A stretch of DNA of 63,971 nt, the filler included, from Reclinomonas americana ATCC 50394 (lineage: Eukaryota), in assembly GCA_048213135.1 (NCBI GenBank). It is 19 parts of 19 records of this genome, joined end to end, with 100 filler letters (N's around TTAATTAATTAA, not from the genome) between each part and the next. Parts side by side here need not be neighbours in the genome. Positions count along the whole stretch, not along the records: positions 49,302 to 50,413 come from AFZH01023236.1; positions 50,514 to 51,692 come from AFZH01023237.1; positions 51,793 to 56,610 come from AFZH01023238.1; positions 56,711 to 59,116 come from AFZH01023239.1; 15 more parts are not named here. One strand, 5' to 3'. A model generated the notes under the pieces. That model was not told the DNA's origin. It ran no database searches and worked only from the letters and a program-made list of their open reading frames with translations. Below are positions 49,302 to 58,820 of this stretch, one piece after another. Positions within the stretch are counted from its first letter, which is position 1, and each line of letters begins with the position of its first letter. The translations under genes and the position numbers were made by a program.

Positions 49302-50060
49302 CACGAGCTCGACGTGCCGGAGCGACAGGAGGAGCGCACCCTCCACCGACGCCGCGTCCGGGACGGGGCCGACCCCAGAGAGGTCGCTGAAGAGCGCCCT
49401 CATCCGACGGGGGTCGAAGCCCGCCGTCCGATAGAGCGACTCGTCGATGACGTGGAGGACGCCATCCTCCAGTTCGTAGACGACGCCATCGTGCGAGATG
49501 CCCGTCACCCGCTGGGGCGGGGGCGGCGGAGGAAGCGCCGCGGGAGCGACGGGCGGAGGCGGCACGGCCGGAGTGGCCGGCTGAAGCGTGCCGTCCCGCC
49601 AAGCCTTCTCCAGCTTGATCAGGTCGACGAGGAGATCGCGCCCCTTGGGCATGCCTGACATCACGATCAGGAACTTCGCCTGCTCGGCGTTCAGGAAGTT
49701 GATCTTGGGCTTCTCGCCGCGCTTCGACGGATCGATCAAGCCCTCGATCTTCAAGAGATCGAGGAGCTTCTCAGCAACAGCCTTATCGAAAGGCGGTTGC
49801 ACGACCCCATCAGGATCGTGACGCAACAACTGACGGGCCTGAGGATCGATCTGAAAGATCGAGCCGAGCATCATCAGACCGTCGCGGTTCGCGTCGATGA
49901 GATTCCATCGGATGCTACGCTTCCTGGCCATCTGAAGATCCTCGGCCAGATCCTCATCCGCGATCCGAGGCTCGCCGTCGATGATGAACAGGCGACGCCC
50001 GTCCTTGTGGAAAACCTCAGGCTTCGCCACGACGGGAAGCGCACCATTCGAACTGCTCAT
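49302..50060 (-). CDS. Phage/plasmid antirepressor-like DNA-binding protein, 3' truncated
   Basis: IDGEPRIADEDLAEDL..IRWNLIDANR...FLNAEQAKFLIVMSGMPKG..AWRDG, a Pro linker, then a second degenerate domain. Confidence 0.65.
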
Positions 50061-50173
50061 GACCCCGCTCCCGCAACTTGATTCGGCACTCACGTGCAGA
50101 ACATAGCGGAAACAGGGGCGTTCCGGCAGGGATCTCTCGGAACTGCGCTACCCTAACGCAATTCGCCAAGCCG

Positions 50174-50413
50174 TCACTCGGCGGCGACGCCCACGACCTT
50201 CGCCAACTCAGGGTCAGGACCCTCAGGCGTCGTCCCATCGGACAAGCCGACCATGACGAGGTAGGGAGCCTCTCCCCGCTCGGGATGATCAACCATATGC
50301 GCCTTGCGCAGGCGATTGATCGCCACCTCGGCCGACGCGACATGATCGGGCCCCATCGCCAGGGGCCCATGGCCCAAGCAGGCGCGCATCGCCTCGCTGT
50401 CCTCGAGCGTCCG
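50174..50413 (-). CDS. Hypothetical protein, C-terminal fragment
   Basis: Open frame from the contig end to TGA at 50174. No motif. Confidence 0.4.
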   Translation of the reverse strand, partial: RTLEDSEAMRACLGHGPLAMGPDHVASAEVAINRLRKAHMVDHPERGEAPYLVMVGLSDGTTPEGPDPELAKVVGVAAE

Positions 50414-50513
50414 NNNNNNNNNNNNNNNNNNNNNNNNNNNNNNNNNNNNNNNNNNNNTTAATTAATTAANNNNNNNNNNNNNNNNNNNNNNNNNNNNNNN
50501 NNNNNNNNNNNNN

Positions 50514-50829
50514 CGCCACGCTGCGCCTTCTCGTCGCGAACCCGTTGAAGCTCGAGGAACCTCTGCTCGATCTGCTCCGCCAAAGCCGCGACCGGCCGAT
50601 GGCGCTGGTACTCGAACAGGATCATCGTCTCGACGCGACGGACCAGGTTGTCCAAGATCCCGCCATCGTCGAGCAGGCCGAAGGCGGCCAGCTTCTCCTC
50701 GGCCGCGGTCTCGCCGAAGAGCATCCGCGCGAAGTCGACCTCCTGCTCGGCAAGCGAGCCGTCGCGGATCATCTCGACCGAACGGACCGCGGCGCGACGC
50801 GCGCGCTTGACCTCCTCGACGCCCCTCAT
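50514..50829 (-). CDS. Hypothetical protein, 3' truncated
   Basis: MRGVEEVKRARR..., with high-GC3 codon pattern. Confidence 0.5.
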
Positions 50830-50917
50830 CTCTGCGAACACGGCACGACTCCCGACCCTTGACGCGCGGCCCGAAAGGCCGCCCATAGGACCCGACTCAA
50901 GCGACGGGACCACGGTC

Positions 50918-51360
50918 GGGAATCATACCACTTCCGGCCGGACGCCGAAACGGCCCGAATGAGGATTCCCTCACAGGAGCGGATTCCCCGGAATCGCCCG
51001 GATTCCCCGCAATGCGCGAGATTCCCCGGAATCCGCTTGACTTCAGGGAATCCCGTGATCTCAGCAGGATTCCCTGCAATGACCACGATCCGAGGGAATC
51101 TCTGTCGAAAAACGTCAAAGATCACCTCGGATTGCCGATTTCAAGGTGATTTCGAAAATGGGCGTTCCGCAAAAACAAAATCACCTTGAAGCGGCAGTTT
51201 TTTGGCTTCGCCATACGGGCCTACAACGGCCAAGGTCGGCTCTACAACGAGCCGTGGGAAGGTCCCTCAAAACCCATCGCAGGCGGCTTCGCAGAGGCAC
51301 TACGACGTGCATTTTCAATGGGTTAGCGTTTTGGGCCTGACAAGGGGACGAGCTACAACG
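50918..51360. repeat. Iteron-like repeat cluster with a 13-bp inverted repeat
   Basis: About 8 GATTCCC/GGGAATC copies (50918-51100); TTCAAGGTGATTT 51140-51152 / AAATCACCTTGAA 51178-51190; CTACAACG at 51221, 51242 and 51353. Confidence 0.75.
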
Positions 51361-51862
51361 CTTCAGGCCCACATGGAGGGAGAAAGAGGGCACGATACCG
51401 CAAAGTTGCTGCAGTCCCCTCTCGGGTCCAGCAGGCATCTTCGCTGAGCCTCGCTTCCGCTCGTCTCCGTGCTCTCCGAGGGGTCTCCCGACGGGCTCCG
51501 GCCGGGCTCTCGCCGGCCTTCGTGTGCTCCTCGAAACCGGCCTAGTCGGCCTCGTCCCGCGCGCTCCATGTGCCATGGATCGCGCCGCCCTCCTCCGGGC
51601 GGGCCGTCGCGGGTCGGTTCGTAAGAGCGCTCGGAGGCGGCCGCGAGGCCGCCGTCCTACGACCGTTCCCGGTACCGACCGCACGCCTCCTCNNNNNNNN
51701 NNNNNNNNNNNNNNNNNNNNNNNNNNNNNNNNNNNNTTAATTAATTAANNNNNNNNNNNNNNNNNNNNNNNNNNNNNNNNNNNNNNNNNNNNCGATGTTC
51801 CCCGGAAACGGGCAGGATCAGCCCGTAAAATGGTCTGATTCGGGCCCCATAGGAGTTGCGTC

Positions 51863-52381
51863 GTGACCAAGGCCAAGACGAAGCTGCCGGTGAAGAAGCC
51901 GGCCAAGAAGGCTCCGCCGACCATCATCATCGAGGGGCATCAGACCTACGAACGCCTCGGCATGGTCGCGACCAAGATCGATGGCGTCGAGCATTTCCTC
52001 GACCGATCGTACGCCCGGAAGATCGGGCGCCAGGAGAACATGGTCTCCCTGACGATCGAGGAAAATCGGGCTGAGCTCGAGGCGTACGGAACACTTCAAG
52101 TAGTACTTGATGCGTTCGCGATCGGCGGGAACGGCGTCAGAATGCCGATGAAGGCCCACTGGCTCAACGCCGAGCAGATGATGATCTTGGCGATGCAGTC
52201 CCGGACGCCCAAGGGCGTCGCGTTCCGCAAGACGCTCGTCGAGCTGGTCAAGGCGGTCCGTGACGGACGACTCATCCACCGCCAGCATGCCGTCCTCGCG
52301 GACAATCAAGAAGGCAGTCCGAGCCTGGCCCTGCCCTTCGACCTGTCGAAGGGCCTGGGGCCGGTGCCCGAGGTCCTATAG
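51863..52381 (+). CDS. Antirepressor-like single-domain protein (short paralog)
   Basis: AGGAG RBS plus GTG; HFLDRSYARKIG..IEENRAELEAYG..HWLNAEQMMILAMQSRTPKG. Confidence 0.75.
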   Translation: MTKAKTKLPVKKPAKKAPPTIIIEGHQTYERLGMVATKIDGVEHFLDRSYARKIGRQENMVSLTIEENRAELEAYGTLQVVLDAFAIGGNGVRMPMKAHWLNAEQMMILAMQSRTPKGVAFRKTLVELVKAVRDGRLIHRQHAVLADNQEGSPSLALPFDLSKGLGPVPEVL

Positions 52382-52391
52382 GAGTTGCGTC

Positions 52392-53873
52392 GTGACCAAG
52401 GCCAAAACGATCCGCAAAAAGGCCGAGCCCTCCGAGCCGCCGGTCCTCCTTTTCAAAGAGAAGACCTTCGAGCACATGGGCATGATCGCTACCATGATCG
52501 GAGGCGTTGTGCACTTCATCGACCGCTCTTACGCGCGGTCGATCGGCATCGCCGAGCGCAACGTCAGCACAACCGTCGAGAACAACCTCCCAGAGTTGGA
52601 GCTCTACGGAACAGTGCATGCCGCACATGCACTGTTCGCCGTCGTAGGGAACGACGCCAAGTACCCCATCAAGGGATATTGGCTCAACAGCGATCAACTC
52701 ATGATCCTGCTGATGAAGTCGTCGTCGGCCAAGGCCGTCGAGTTCCGCCGGCGCATCGTCACCCTGATCAGGGACCTCCGGGAAGGTCGCCTCGTGTACC
52801 GCGACAACGCGCTCGTCGCCGCAGAGCCCCGTCAGGACACTCAGACCGCGCATACAAGCCCGCCGAGCCTGGCCCTGCCCTTCGACCTGTCGAAGGGCCT
52901 GGGGCCGGTGCCAGAGGTCCATGAGTGGGCGCAACGCTTCGCAATCAAAGACGGCAAGTTCGTGGATTACCGCAACATCCCGCGGTCAGCCAAGACGGAC
53001 GAGGGCATTACGCTCCACGTCGTCGGGACGAAGGTCCACTTTCGCGATGCCGACGTCGCCATGCTGGCGGGATCGACCGAAGCCGCCGTCGACGACCTCA
53101 TCACGGCGAACATCGCCAAGTTCGAGACCCATGGCCAGATCAGCAAAAAGGCCAAGGCGGCGGTCGGCCGGAAGAAGGCCGCATCGACAGACCGCCTCCT
53201 CAACGTGACGCAGACCGGCATGCTGCTCGACCTGTTGGAGGCTAGAGGGACGCCGACGTCGGTCAGGGACCGCCTCGGCGCGATCTACAAGGCCTACCTC
53301 GAGGGCACTCTGGCCGACCTGTGCGGCGACCCGGTCCAGAGGTCCAACGCGATCGCGATCGCGCAGGCCCGCCTCGGCTACGCCATCGACGCGCATGGCT
53401 ACGTCCATAGGACGCATAATAGCGATGGTCATCCGGCTCTACCCGACCCATGGCTGCCGCCCGTCCGCATCGACCTCGCTCGCATCATATCCCATCTCGA
53501 TGGCGGGAAGCCCGTCTACGCGGCGGCAGCGCCCGTCGCGACGACGCGCCAACTCGCCCCACAGCAGCCGCCAGTCGATCCACCAAAGGAGATCGCCGCT
53601 TCAGCTTCACCCCTCGCGCCGACCAGCGGCAGCAGTGAGATCGTCGTGAGGGACATCGAGGCACCCATCGGCGCCGCCGAACTGCCGGGCCTGATCGCCA
53701 CCGCGGTCTCGCAGAGCCTGGCGCCCCTGGTGGACGCCATCTTGGCGACGAGGGCCCAAAGCGCCGCAGAGCCGCCCGGCCAGAGGACGAAGGACGCACC
53801 GCGGACCCTCGACAGGATCAAGAGCGCGTTCGACGCCTTCAAGGACCCGCGCCGCACACACGACGATGCATAG
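52392..53873 (+). CDS. Antirepressor-like two-domain protein (long paralog)
   Basis: Same RBS/start sequence as 51863; YWLNSDQLMILLMKS; second domain HFRDADVAMLAG..RLLNVTQ. Confidence 0.78.
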   Translation: MTKAKTIRKKAEPSEPPVLLFKEKTFEHMGMIATMIGGVVHFIDRSYARSIGIAERNVSTTVENNLPELELYGTVHAAHALFAVVGNDAKYPIKGYWLNSDQLMILLMKSSSAKAVEFRRRIVTLIRDLREGRLVYRDNALVAAEPRQDTQTAHTSPPSLALPFDLSKGLGPVPEVHEWAQRFAIKDGKFVDYRNIPRSAKTDEGITLHVVGTKVHFRDADVAMLAGSTEAAVDDLITANIAKFETHGQISKKAKAAVGRKKAASTDRLLNVTQTGMLLDLLEARGTPTSVRDRLGAIYKAYLEGTLADLCGDPVQRSNAIAIAQARLGYAIDAHGYVHRTHNSDGHPALPDPWLPPVRIDLARIISHLDGGKPVYAAAAPVATTRQLAPQQPPVDPPKEIAASASPLAPTSGSSEIVVRDIEAPIGAAELPGLIATAVSQSLAPLVDAILATRAQSAAEPPGQRTKDAPRTLDRIKSAFDAFKDPRRTHDDA

Positions 53874-54187
53874 CCTCTTATCCAGATATCGGGTGGCGAT
53901 GCCCGGCCGGCACCGCCACATCTTGGGTCATGACCGCGACCCTCTCCTCGCGCCCTCCCCATAGGGATACCGACCAAAGAAGACAGCGAGGACTGTTTCG
54001 CGTCAGGCGAAACGGAGGAGCCCCGGCCCTATCGGGCCTCCCGAAGGCAAAGGATCAACTCGGGCGGGGGTGATCTTCCGGGAGGTGGCATCCATGGGGA
54101 GGTCACGCTTCGCGATCGGCGGGGTTTCAAGAGGGGTCGACCATGGGACACCCAGGAGCCGTCCATGCGCCGCTTCCGCGAACCGGC

Positions 54188-54252
54188 GATCGCCGACGTG
54201 AAGACGAAAAGGTCCTCGTGTCGGACCGAAGGGAGAACCCCTGAGGAGAAGA
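54188..54252 (-). repeat. Conserved ~65-bp non-coding element, copy A (hairpin plus U-tract on the - strand)
   Basis: GGTCC-N7-GGACC followed by TTTT on the - strand. Similar copy at 56511-56574. Confidence 0.65.
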
Positions 54253-54732
54253 CAGGTAGGCCGGCGGAGAGGCTAATCCCCACCGGCCCAGCCTCACAGG
54301 CCCAGGAACGCGCCCGCGATGGCGTAAAGCCACGCGAAAGCATTTCCACCCGTGATGCCGACTTCGATCCTCAAAGTCGCCTCGGCCTTGATCTTCATGG
54401 TCTTCGTCTACCGGGCGGAAACGCCGCCCACCGGAGCCGCCACATGGCGACCTTGCCTTCCCGCCAGGAGGCGACTTCGAGACGAGAACCGTGAGATCGG
54501 CCAAAGATCGATAAGCCCGAAAGCGCTTCGATCGCGTGAAAGCCGGCAGGTCGCCCTGCCGGCTTTCCTCATGGCACGCCGGAGCGCCATGAAGATCCCG
54601 GCAGAACGCGCCGGGGAAATGGCGGATTGCTCCAATCAATGCTATGCAGGGCTCCGTCATCGACGGCGAAGGATCGAAAACCCGGACAACCTGAAGCGAT
54701 GGCTCCGGATCTAAAAGCGACAGCGGCAAGTC

Positions 54733-55167
54733 ATGGCGATCGATTACAAAACCCCGAGGAAGATCAAGGACCCGAGCGCGCCAGCACGCGTGATCGGCAA
54801 GCCTAGCACGATCACCGTCGGGCTGAGGGGACCGAATGAAGATGAGGTCCAGGCCAGCAAGGACAACACAGCCGGCCGGACCATCCAGGCTCCCCACGGC
54901 GTCTACCGCTACAAAAGCCACGATGATGCGAATGCCCAAATGGATCAGTGGCTTGCTCAATCCCTTGCTCGGGAGAGCCGCGCCGCCGCAATCGCGTCCC
55001 TCCGCGCCATCGCGCTTGAGCGATACCGTTCGCGCTGCTTCTGGAACATCAAGGTTCCGGACGGCGCAGCCGGAGACCGGATCATCGTCGACAGGCTGAA
55101 AAAGCACGGCGATATGGTAGCATGGCGGCTCGCCGTCGAGATCGAGGCGCTGGCAAATGCCGCTTGA
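54733..55167 (+). CDS. Putative antitoxin partner of an AbiEii-type nucleotidyltransferase (two-domain)
   Basis: Overlaps the NTase start by 11 nt. N-domain PHGVYRYKSHDDAN..W; C-domain RYRSRCFWN..LKKHGDMVAWRLA. Confidence 0.7.
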   Translation: MAIDYKTPRKIKDPSAPARVIGKPSTITVGLRGPNEDEVQASKDNTAGRTIQAPHGVYRYKSHDDANAQMDQWLAQSLARESRAAAIASLRAIALERYRSRCFWNIKVPDGAAGDRIIVDRLKKHGDMVAWRLAVEIEALANAA

Positions 55168-56068
55168 TTCCTTCCAAGAGGAAATTCTCAAGCTCATCGC
55201 GGCAAACAGGACGGCAGATTCTCATATCGCCGGAGGTTCGGCGCTGCATGCGCACGGCATCCGGCTCTCCGGTGACGTGGACATCTTCAACGCGCCCCAC
55301 GTCGACGTCCCGATCACGGCACGTAACGACATCGAAGCGCTCAGGCGCGGCGGGCTGAACGCCGAGATCGCCCGCGAGCGCGAGGGCTTCGTCGAGGCCG
55401 ACGTGTTCCATGAAGAGTTCGGATCGACGAGACTGCAATGGGTGCAGCACAGCGCCAACAACTTCTACCCGCCCGTCGCCGACGAAACATTCGGCGTCAG
55501 ACTCCACATCGTCGACCTAGCGGTCAACAAGATGGTGGCGGCGGCCAGCCGGCGCGAGCCGCGCGACTTCGTGGACCTCTACTTCATCGACAAGCACATC
55601 ATGCCGCTGTGGACGCTCGCATGGGCAGCGCCGGGGAAGGACGAAGCCTTCACGCCAGCCGGCTACCTCGACAGGGTCTCGGCCCAGCACCAATACCGCG
55701 GCAAGGAGATAGAGGAGAGCGTCGACCTCGCCCCCGGGGTCGTTGGGACCGACATCATCCGATCGGTCAGGGAAGCACTCGACAAGGCCAGGATCGTCCT
55801 CCCGAAACTGCCGCAAAATACCGCTGGCCTCCTCCTCGTCGACGACGAGACGAAGGGGCCGATCACGGGCCCCGACTACTTCGCACGGGGCCGGAAGTGG
55901 ACGACGTTGTCGACCGAGACCTCGAAGCCCTGGCCCCAAGGGCCGATCATCGATGGCCTCCTGATTCAAAGGGTGATCAAGGCCAACGGCCTGAAAGGCG
56001 AACGCGCCTGGACCGAACCGAGGCAGCCATCAGCGCCCGAGAAGGACGACGACGGCTACGGGTTCTGA
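55157..56068 (+). CDS. AbiEii/AbiGii-family nucleotidyltransferase
   Basis: IAGGSAL..RLSGDVDIF and DLAVNKMVAAASRREPRDFVDL. Confidence 0.88.
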   Translation: MPLDSFQEEILKLIAANRTADSHIAGGSALHAHGIRLSGDVDIFNAPHVDVPITARNDIEALRRGGLNAEIAREREGFVEADVFHEEFGSTRLQWVQHSANNFYPPVADETFGVRLHIVDLAVNKMVAAASRREPRDFVDLYFIDKHIMPLWTLAWAAPGKDEAFTPAGYLDRVSAQHQYRGKEIEESVDLAPGVVGTDIIRSVREALDKARIVLPKLPQNTAGLLLVDDETKGPITGPDYFARGRKWTTLSTETSKPWPQGPIIDGLLIQRVIKANGLKGERAWTEPRQPSAPEKDDDGYGF

Positions 56069-56106
56069 CCGCGAAAGTATTGAAAACAACCCCTTGGGAG
56101 GTCTCG

Positions 56107-56484
56107 GTGGACTGCAGGGCCCCGCGTAGGATCCCAGATCCGAGCGCGCCCGCCAGGACGGTGGGACGAAGGAACTTCATCGTCGTCGGACTCCGCGGTC
56201 CGACTGACCAGGAATACACGGCGAGCATCGCGAACTCCCACAAGATCGCCGGGGTGCCGAAGGGCATCCATCGCTACAAATCTCACGAGGACGCCAATGC
56301 GGCGATGGATCGATGGATTGTTCAAGCCGCTGTGGCGACGTCCTGCGCCGCAGCACGCCAGCACGTCCTCGAACAAGAAGACCGCGACCTCCTCGCGGAA
56401 CCCGAACCCGGCTCCCTGACGGAAAGGCGGACGCTCAGGTTCGCGCGCGGTCGCAAAAACGACGACGGCGGACCCGAGCTCTAA
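56107..56484 (+). CDS. Small protein paralogous to the N-domain of 54733-55167
   Basis: GGAGG RBS plus GTG 56107; PRRIPDPSAPARTVG..VGLRGP..PKGIHRYKSHEDAN..DRW. Confidence 0.75.
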   Translation: MDCRAPRRIPDPSAPARTVGRRNFIVVGLRGPTDQEYTASIANSHKIAGVPKGIHRYKSHEDANAAMDRWIVQAAVATSCAAARQHVLEQEDRDLLAEPEPGSLTERRTLRFARGRKNDDGGPEL

Positions 56485-56510
56485 CATCCTCCCTCGTAGC
56501 GCGGCAGGGA

Positions 56511-56574
56511 GATCGCCAAAGTGAACAAAAAAGGTCCTTATGTCGGACCAGAGGGAAAAACTCCTGAGGAAAGA
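56511..56574 (-). repeat. Conserved ~65-bp non-coding element, copy B
   Basis: GGTCC-N7-GGACC followed by TTTTTT on the - strand. Shares GATCGCC, AGGGA and CCTGAGGA blocks with copy A. Confidence 0.65.
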
Positions 56575-56710
56575 TCGCAGAGACCGCGGTCGTCCGGGAT
56601 GCGATGCGGGNNNNNNNNNNNNNNNNNNNNNNNNNNNNNNNNNNNNNNNNNNNNTTAATTAATTAANNNNNNNNNNNNNNNNNNNNNNNNNNNNNNNNNN
56701 NNNNNNNNNN

Positions 56711-57290
56711 GCCGTTCTTCGACTCCGAGAAGGCCGCCCACGTCGCCGCCTACTTCGTGATGCGCGCGGGCGGGCCCATCGACACGCTCAAGCTCGCAAA
56801 GCTCGCCTACCTCGCAGAGCGCGCGTACCTCGAGGCCTACGAGATGCCGCTCACGGGCGACAGGGCCGTCGCCATGCCGAAGGGTCCGGCGCTATCGCGC
56901 TCGGTCGACCACGTCGAGGGCAAGGTGCGCGACCACGAGGAGTGGGACGGGTTCGTGAACGACAGAGCAAGGTTCACCATCGCCCTCAAGAATGAGGGAC
57001 TGACGATCGACAACCTCGATCGCCTCTCCGACGCGAACCTCGAAGTCCTCGACAAGGTCTGGATGCAGTACGGTGGATATGGCGCATTCGAGCTGTGCGA
57101 GATCACGCACCGCGAATGCCCGGAGTGGTCGGATCCTTGGGGATCGTCCAAGACGATCCCGACCGAGGACATCCTCAGGGCCCTCGGGAAGACGCAGGTC
57201 GAGGAGATCCTCAAGGGCATCGCGATCGCCGACGGCTTCGACAGGACGGCGCGGAACGCGGCGCACGTTTACGGCGCGCACCGTTCCTGA
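56711..57290 (+). CDS. Panacea (DUF4065/SocA-like) antitoxin, 5' partial
   Basis: KLAKLAYLAERAYL..PLTGD..AMPKGPA..ELCEITH..PEW. Confidence 0.88.
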
Positions 57291-57302
57291 CGCCGGCGGC
57301 TC

Positions 57303-57712
57303 ATGGAACGCTCGAAAAGTGGATGGGCGCCTACTATCGGCGTCACGCTCCTGATCACGTCCGGGCCGTCCCATGATCCCAACAGGAAGCATCTCCACGT
57401 CATCGTGACTAAGATCGCCGAGGGGGGGGAACCGCCGTCCTCGTCCCTATCACCTCGACGACAGGCGGAGCCAGAGACGACGACGCCTGCGAGCTTAAGC
57501 CGGGCGAGCATCCGTTCGTCACAAAGCCCAGCTTCGCGTTCTATGAACGCCCCCAAGTCTGGGAGGCAGCCGTGCTCCAGGCCATGATGGCGGCAGGCGA
57601 CTGCCTCCTGAAGCCTCCTGTGAGTAAGTCGCTGCTCAACAGGATCATCGCGGGAGCAACCTCCTCCAGACGGATCGACCGGCGCATCAGGGCTCTCATC
57701 GCGATGCCGTAG
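57303..57712 (+). pseudogene. PemK/MazF-like putative toxin, frameshifted at a G8 run (57422-57429)
   Basis: TLLITSGP..KHLHVIV, then a shifted frame TAVLVPITS..DDACELKPGEHPFVTKPSFAFY...* . G9 (or G6) restores one ORF. Confidence 0.7.
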
Positions 57713-57757
57713 ATCATCATAAGAGCAAACCCCCGCAAAGAGTGAAACATTGCCGTC

Positions 57758-58405
57758 ATGCCCACCGAACTGAATGCTGATATCCTCGAGCACGCTTTCG
57801 ACGATCTCGGCCAGATGGCTAGGGACAATGGCCTGATATGTGAGATCGCCGTCTACGGCGGAGCATCCATCATGCTCGCGACCGACATCCGCGGTGTAAC
57901 CAGGGACGTCGACTCAGCATTCTTGAAGGAAGCGCCATTCATCGATCAAGCCGTGCAAGTCATCAGTCGAAAGAGAGGGCTGCCAGATGACTGGCTGAAC
58001 CAATCAATTGCGCACATGGTTACTGGGCGCATAGGCCCGACGGCGAAGCTTACGCTCTTCAACGAGTATCCTCGAGATCACGGCGTTCCAGGTCTACGCG
58101 TCCTTCTGCCAACGCCTGAATACATCCTGGCGATGAAACTCATCATCTCCGGACGAACAGAACCGCATAAAGACGAAAGCGACCGAAAGGACATTATCGG
58201 TCTCATGCGGATCACGAAGATTCGCGACAAAACCAAGATGATGGACCTCGTGAAGCATTTCTTCCCATCGGCGATCGGAACAGGCGAGCGGATCAAAGCC
58301 AAAATCGAAGACGCCATCAAAGCGGAAAAGGACAGCAGATCCCATGATTCCGATGCCAAGACCTGGAACGCTCAAGGAAGTCGTGCGCCGGGTTCTGGCC
58401 GGTGA
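57758..58405 (+). CDS. DUF6036-like nucleotidyltransferase
   Basis: IAVYGGASIML..RGVTRDVDS, GLPDDWLN, PEYILAMKL and DRKDI. Confidence 0.82.
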   Translation: MPTELNADILEHAFDDLGQMARDNGLICEIAVYGGASIMLATDIRGVTRDVDSAFLKEAPFIDQAVQVISRKRGLPDDWLNQSIAHMVTGRIGPTAKLTLFNEYPRDHGVPGLRVLLPTPEYILAMKLIISGRTEPHKDESDRKDIIGLMRITKIRDKTKMMDLVKHFFPSAIGTGERIKAKIEDAIKAEKDSRSHDSDAKTWNAQGSRAPGSGR

Positions 58406-58820
58406 ACAAGAGCTAAATGTCGCGTTCAACGAATTCCTCGACGCATTCTACACGGACCCCGATCCCGTCAGCCGCATGGCACGAATAGCCGAGGAGCCAG
58501 CCTACCTTGACGACGAGGTCGCCGACGCGCTTATCGGCGCCGCGGGCGAGCATCTCGCACGACGCTGGCGGGTCGGAAAACCGCCACGCTGGACCGAGCG
58601 CAAACGGCGCTTCCTCAGAAAACCTTGGTTCCCTGAGGGCGTCGACGCCGAGAAGCCGTTCATGATCGCAGAAAGCCCAATGGCGTTCCGTCGCCGTATG
58701 CTCTTCGTTGACGCGGAACCGCTACGCCGCCTCCGAATGCCTCATGACGAGCGTTGGTATGCCCACGAGCAACAGCGCACCGGCATCGACTGGCGAGAGC
58801 TTGAAAAGCCAAATCCATGA
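58344..58820 (+). CDS. Partner protein of the DUF6036-like NTase (putative antitoxin)
   Basis: FLDAFY..IAEEP..DALIGAAGEHLA..P.WT..FLRKPWF..ESPMAFRRRMLFV. Overlaps the NTase gene. Confidence 0.75.
   Translation: MIPMPRPGTLKEVVRRVLAGEQELNVAFNEFLDAFYTDPDPVSRMARIAEEPAYLDDEVADALIGAAGEHLARRWRVGKPPRWTERKRRFLRKPWFPEGVDAEKPFMIAESPMAFRRRMLFVDAEPLRRLRMPHDERWYAHEQQRTGIDWRELEKPNP

Noticed and set aside
55438..56106. N-terminal part of the 348-aa ORF overlapping the NTase
   Set aside because: Arg-rich off-frame read. The real gene starts at GTG 56107 after an RBS.
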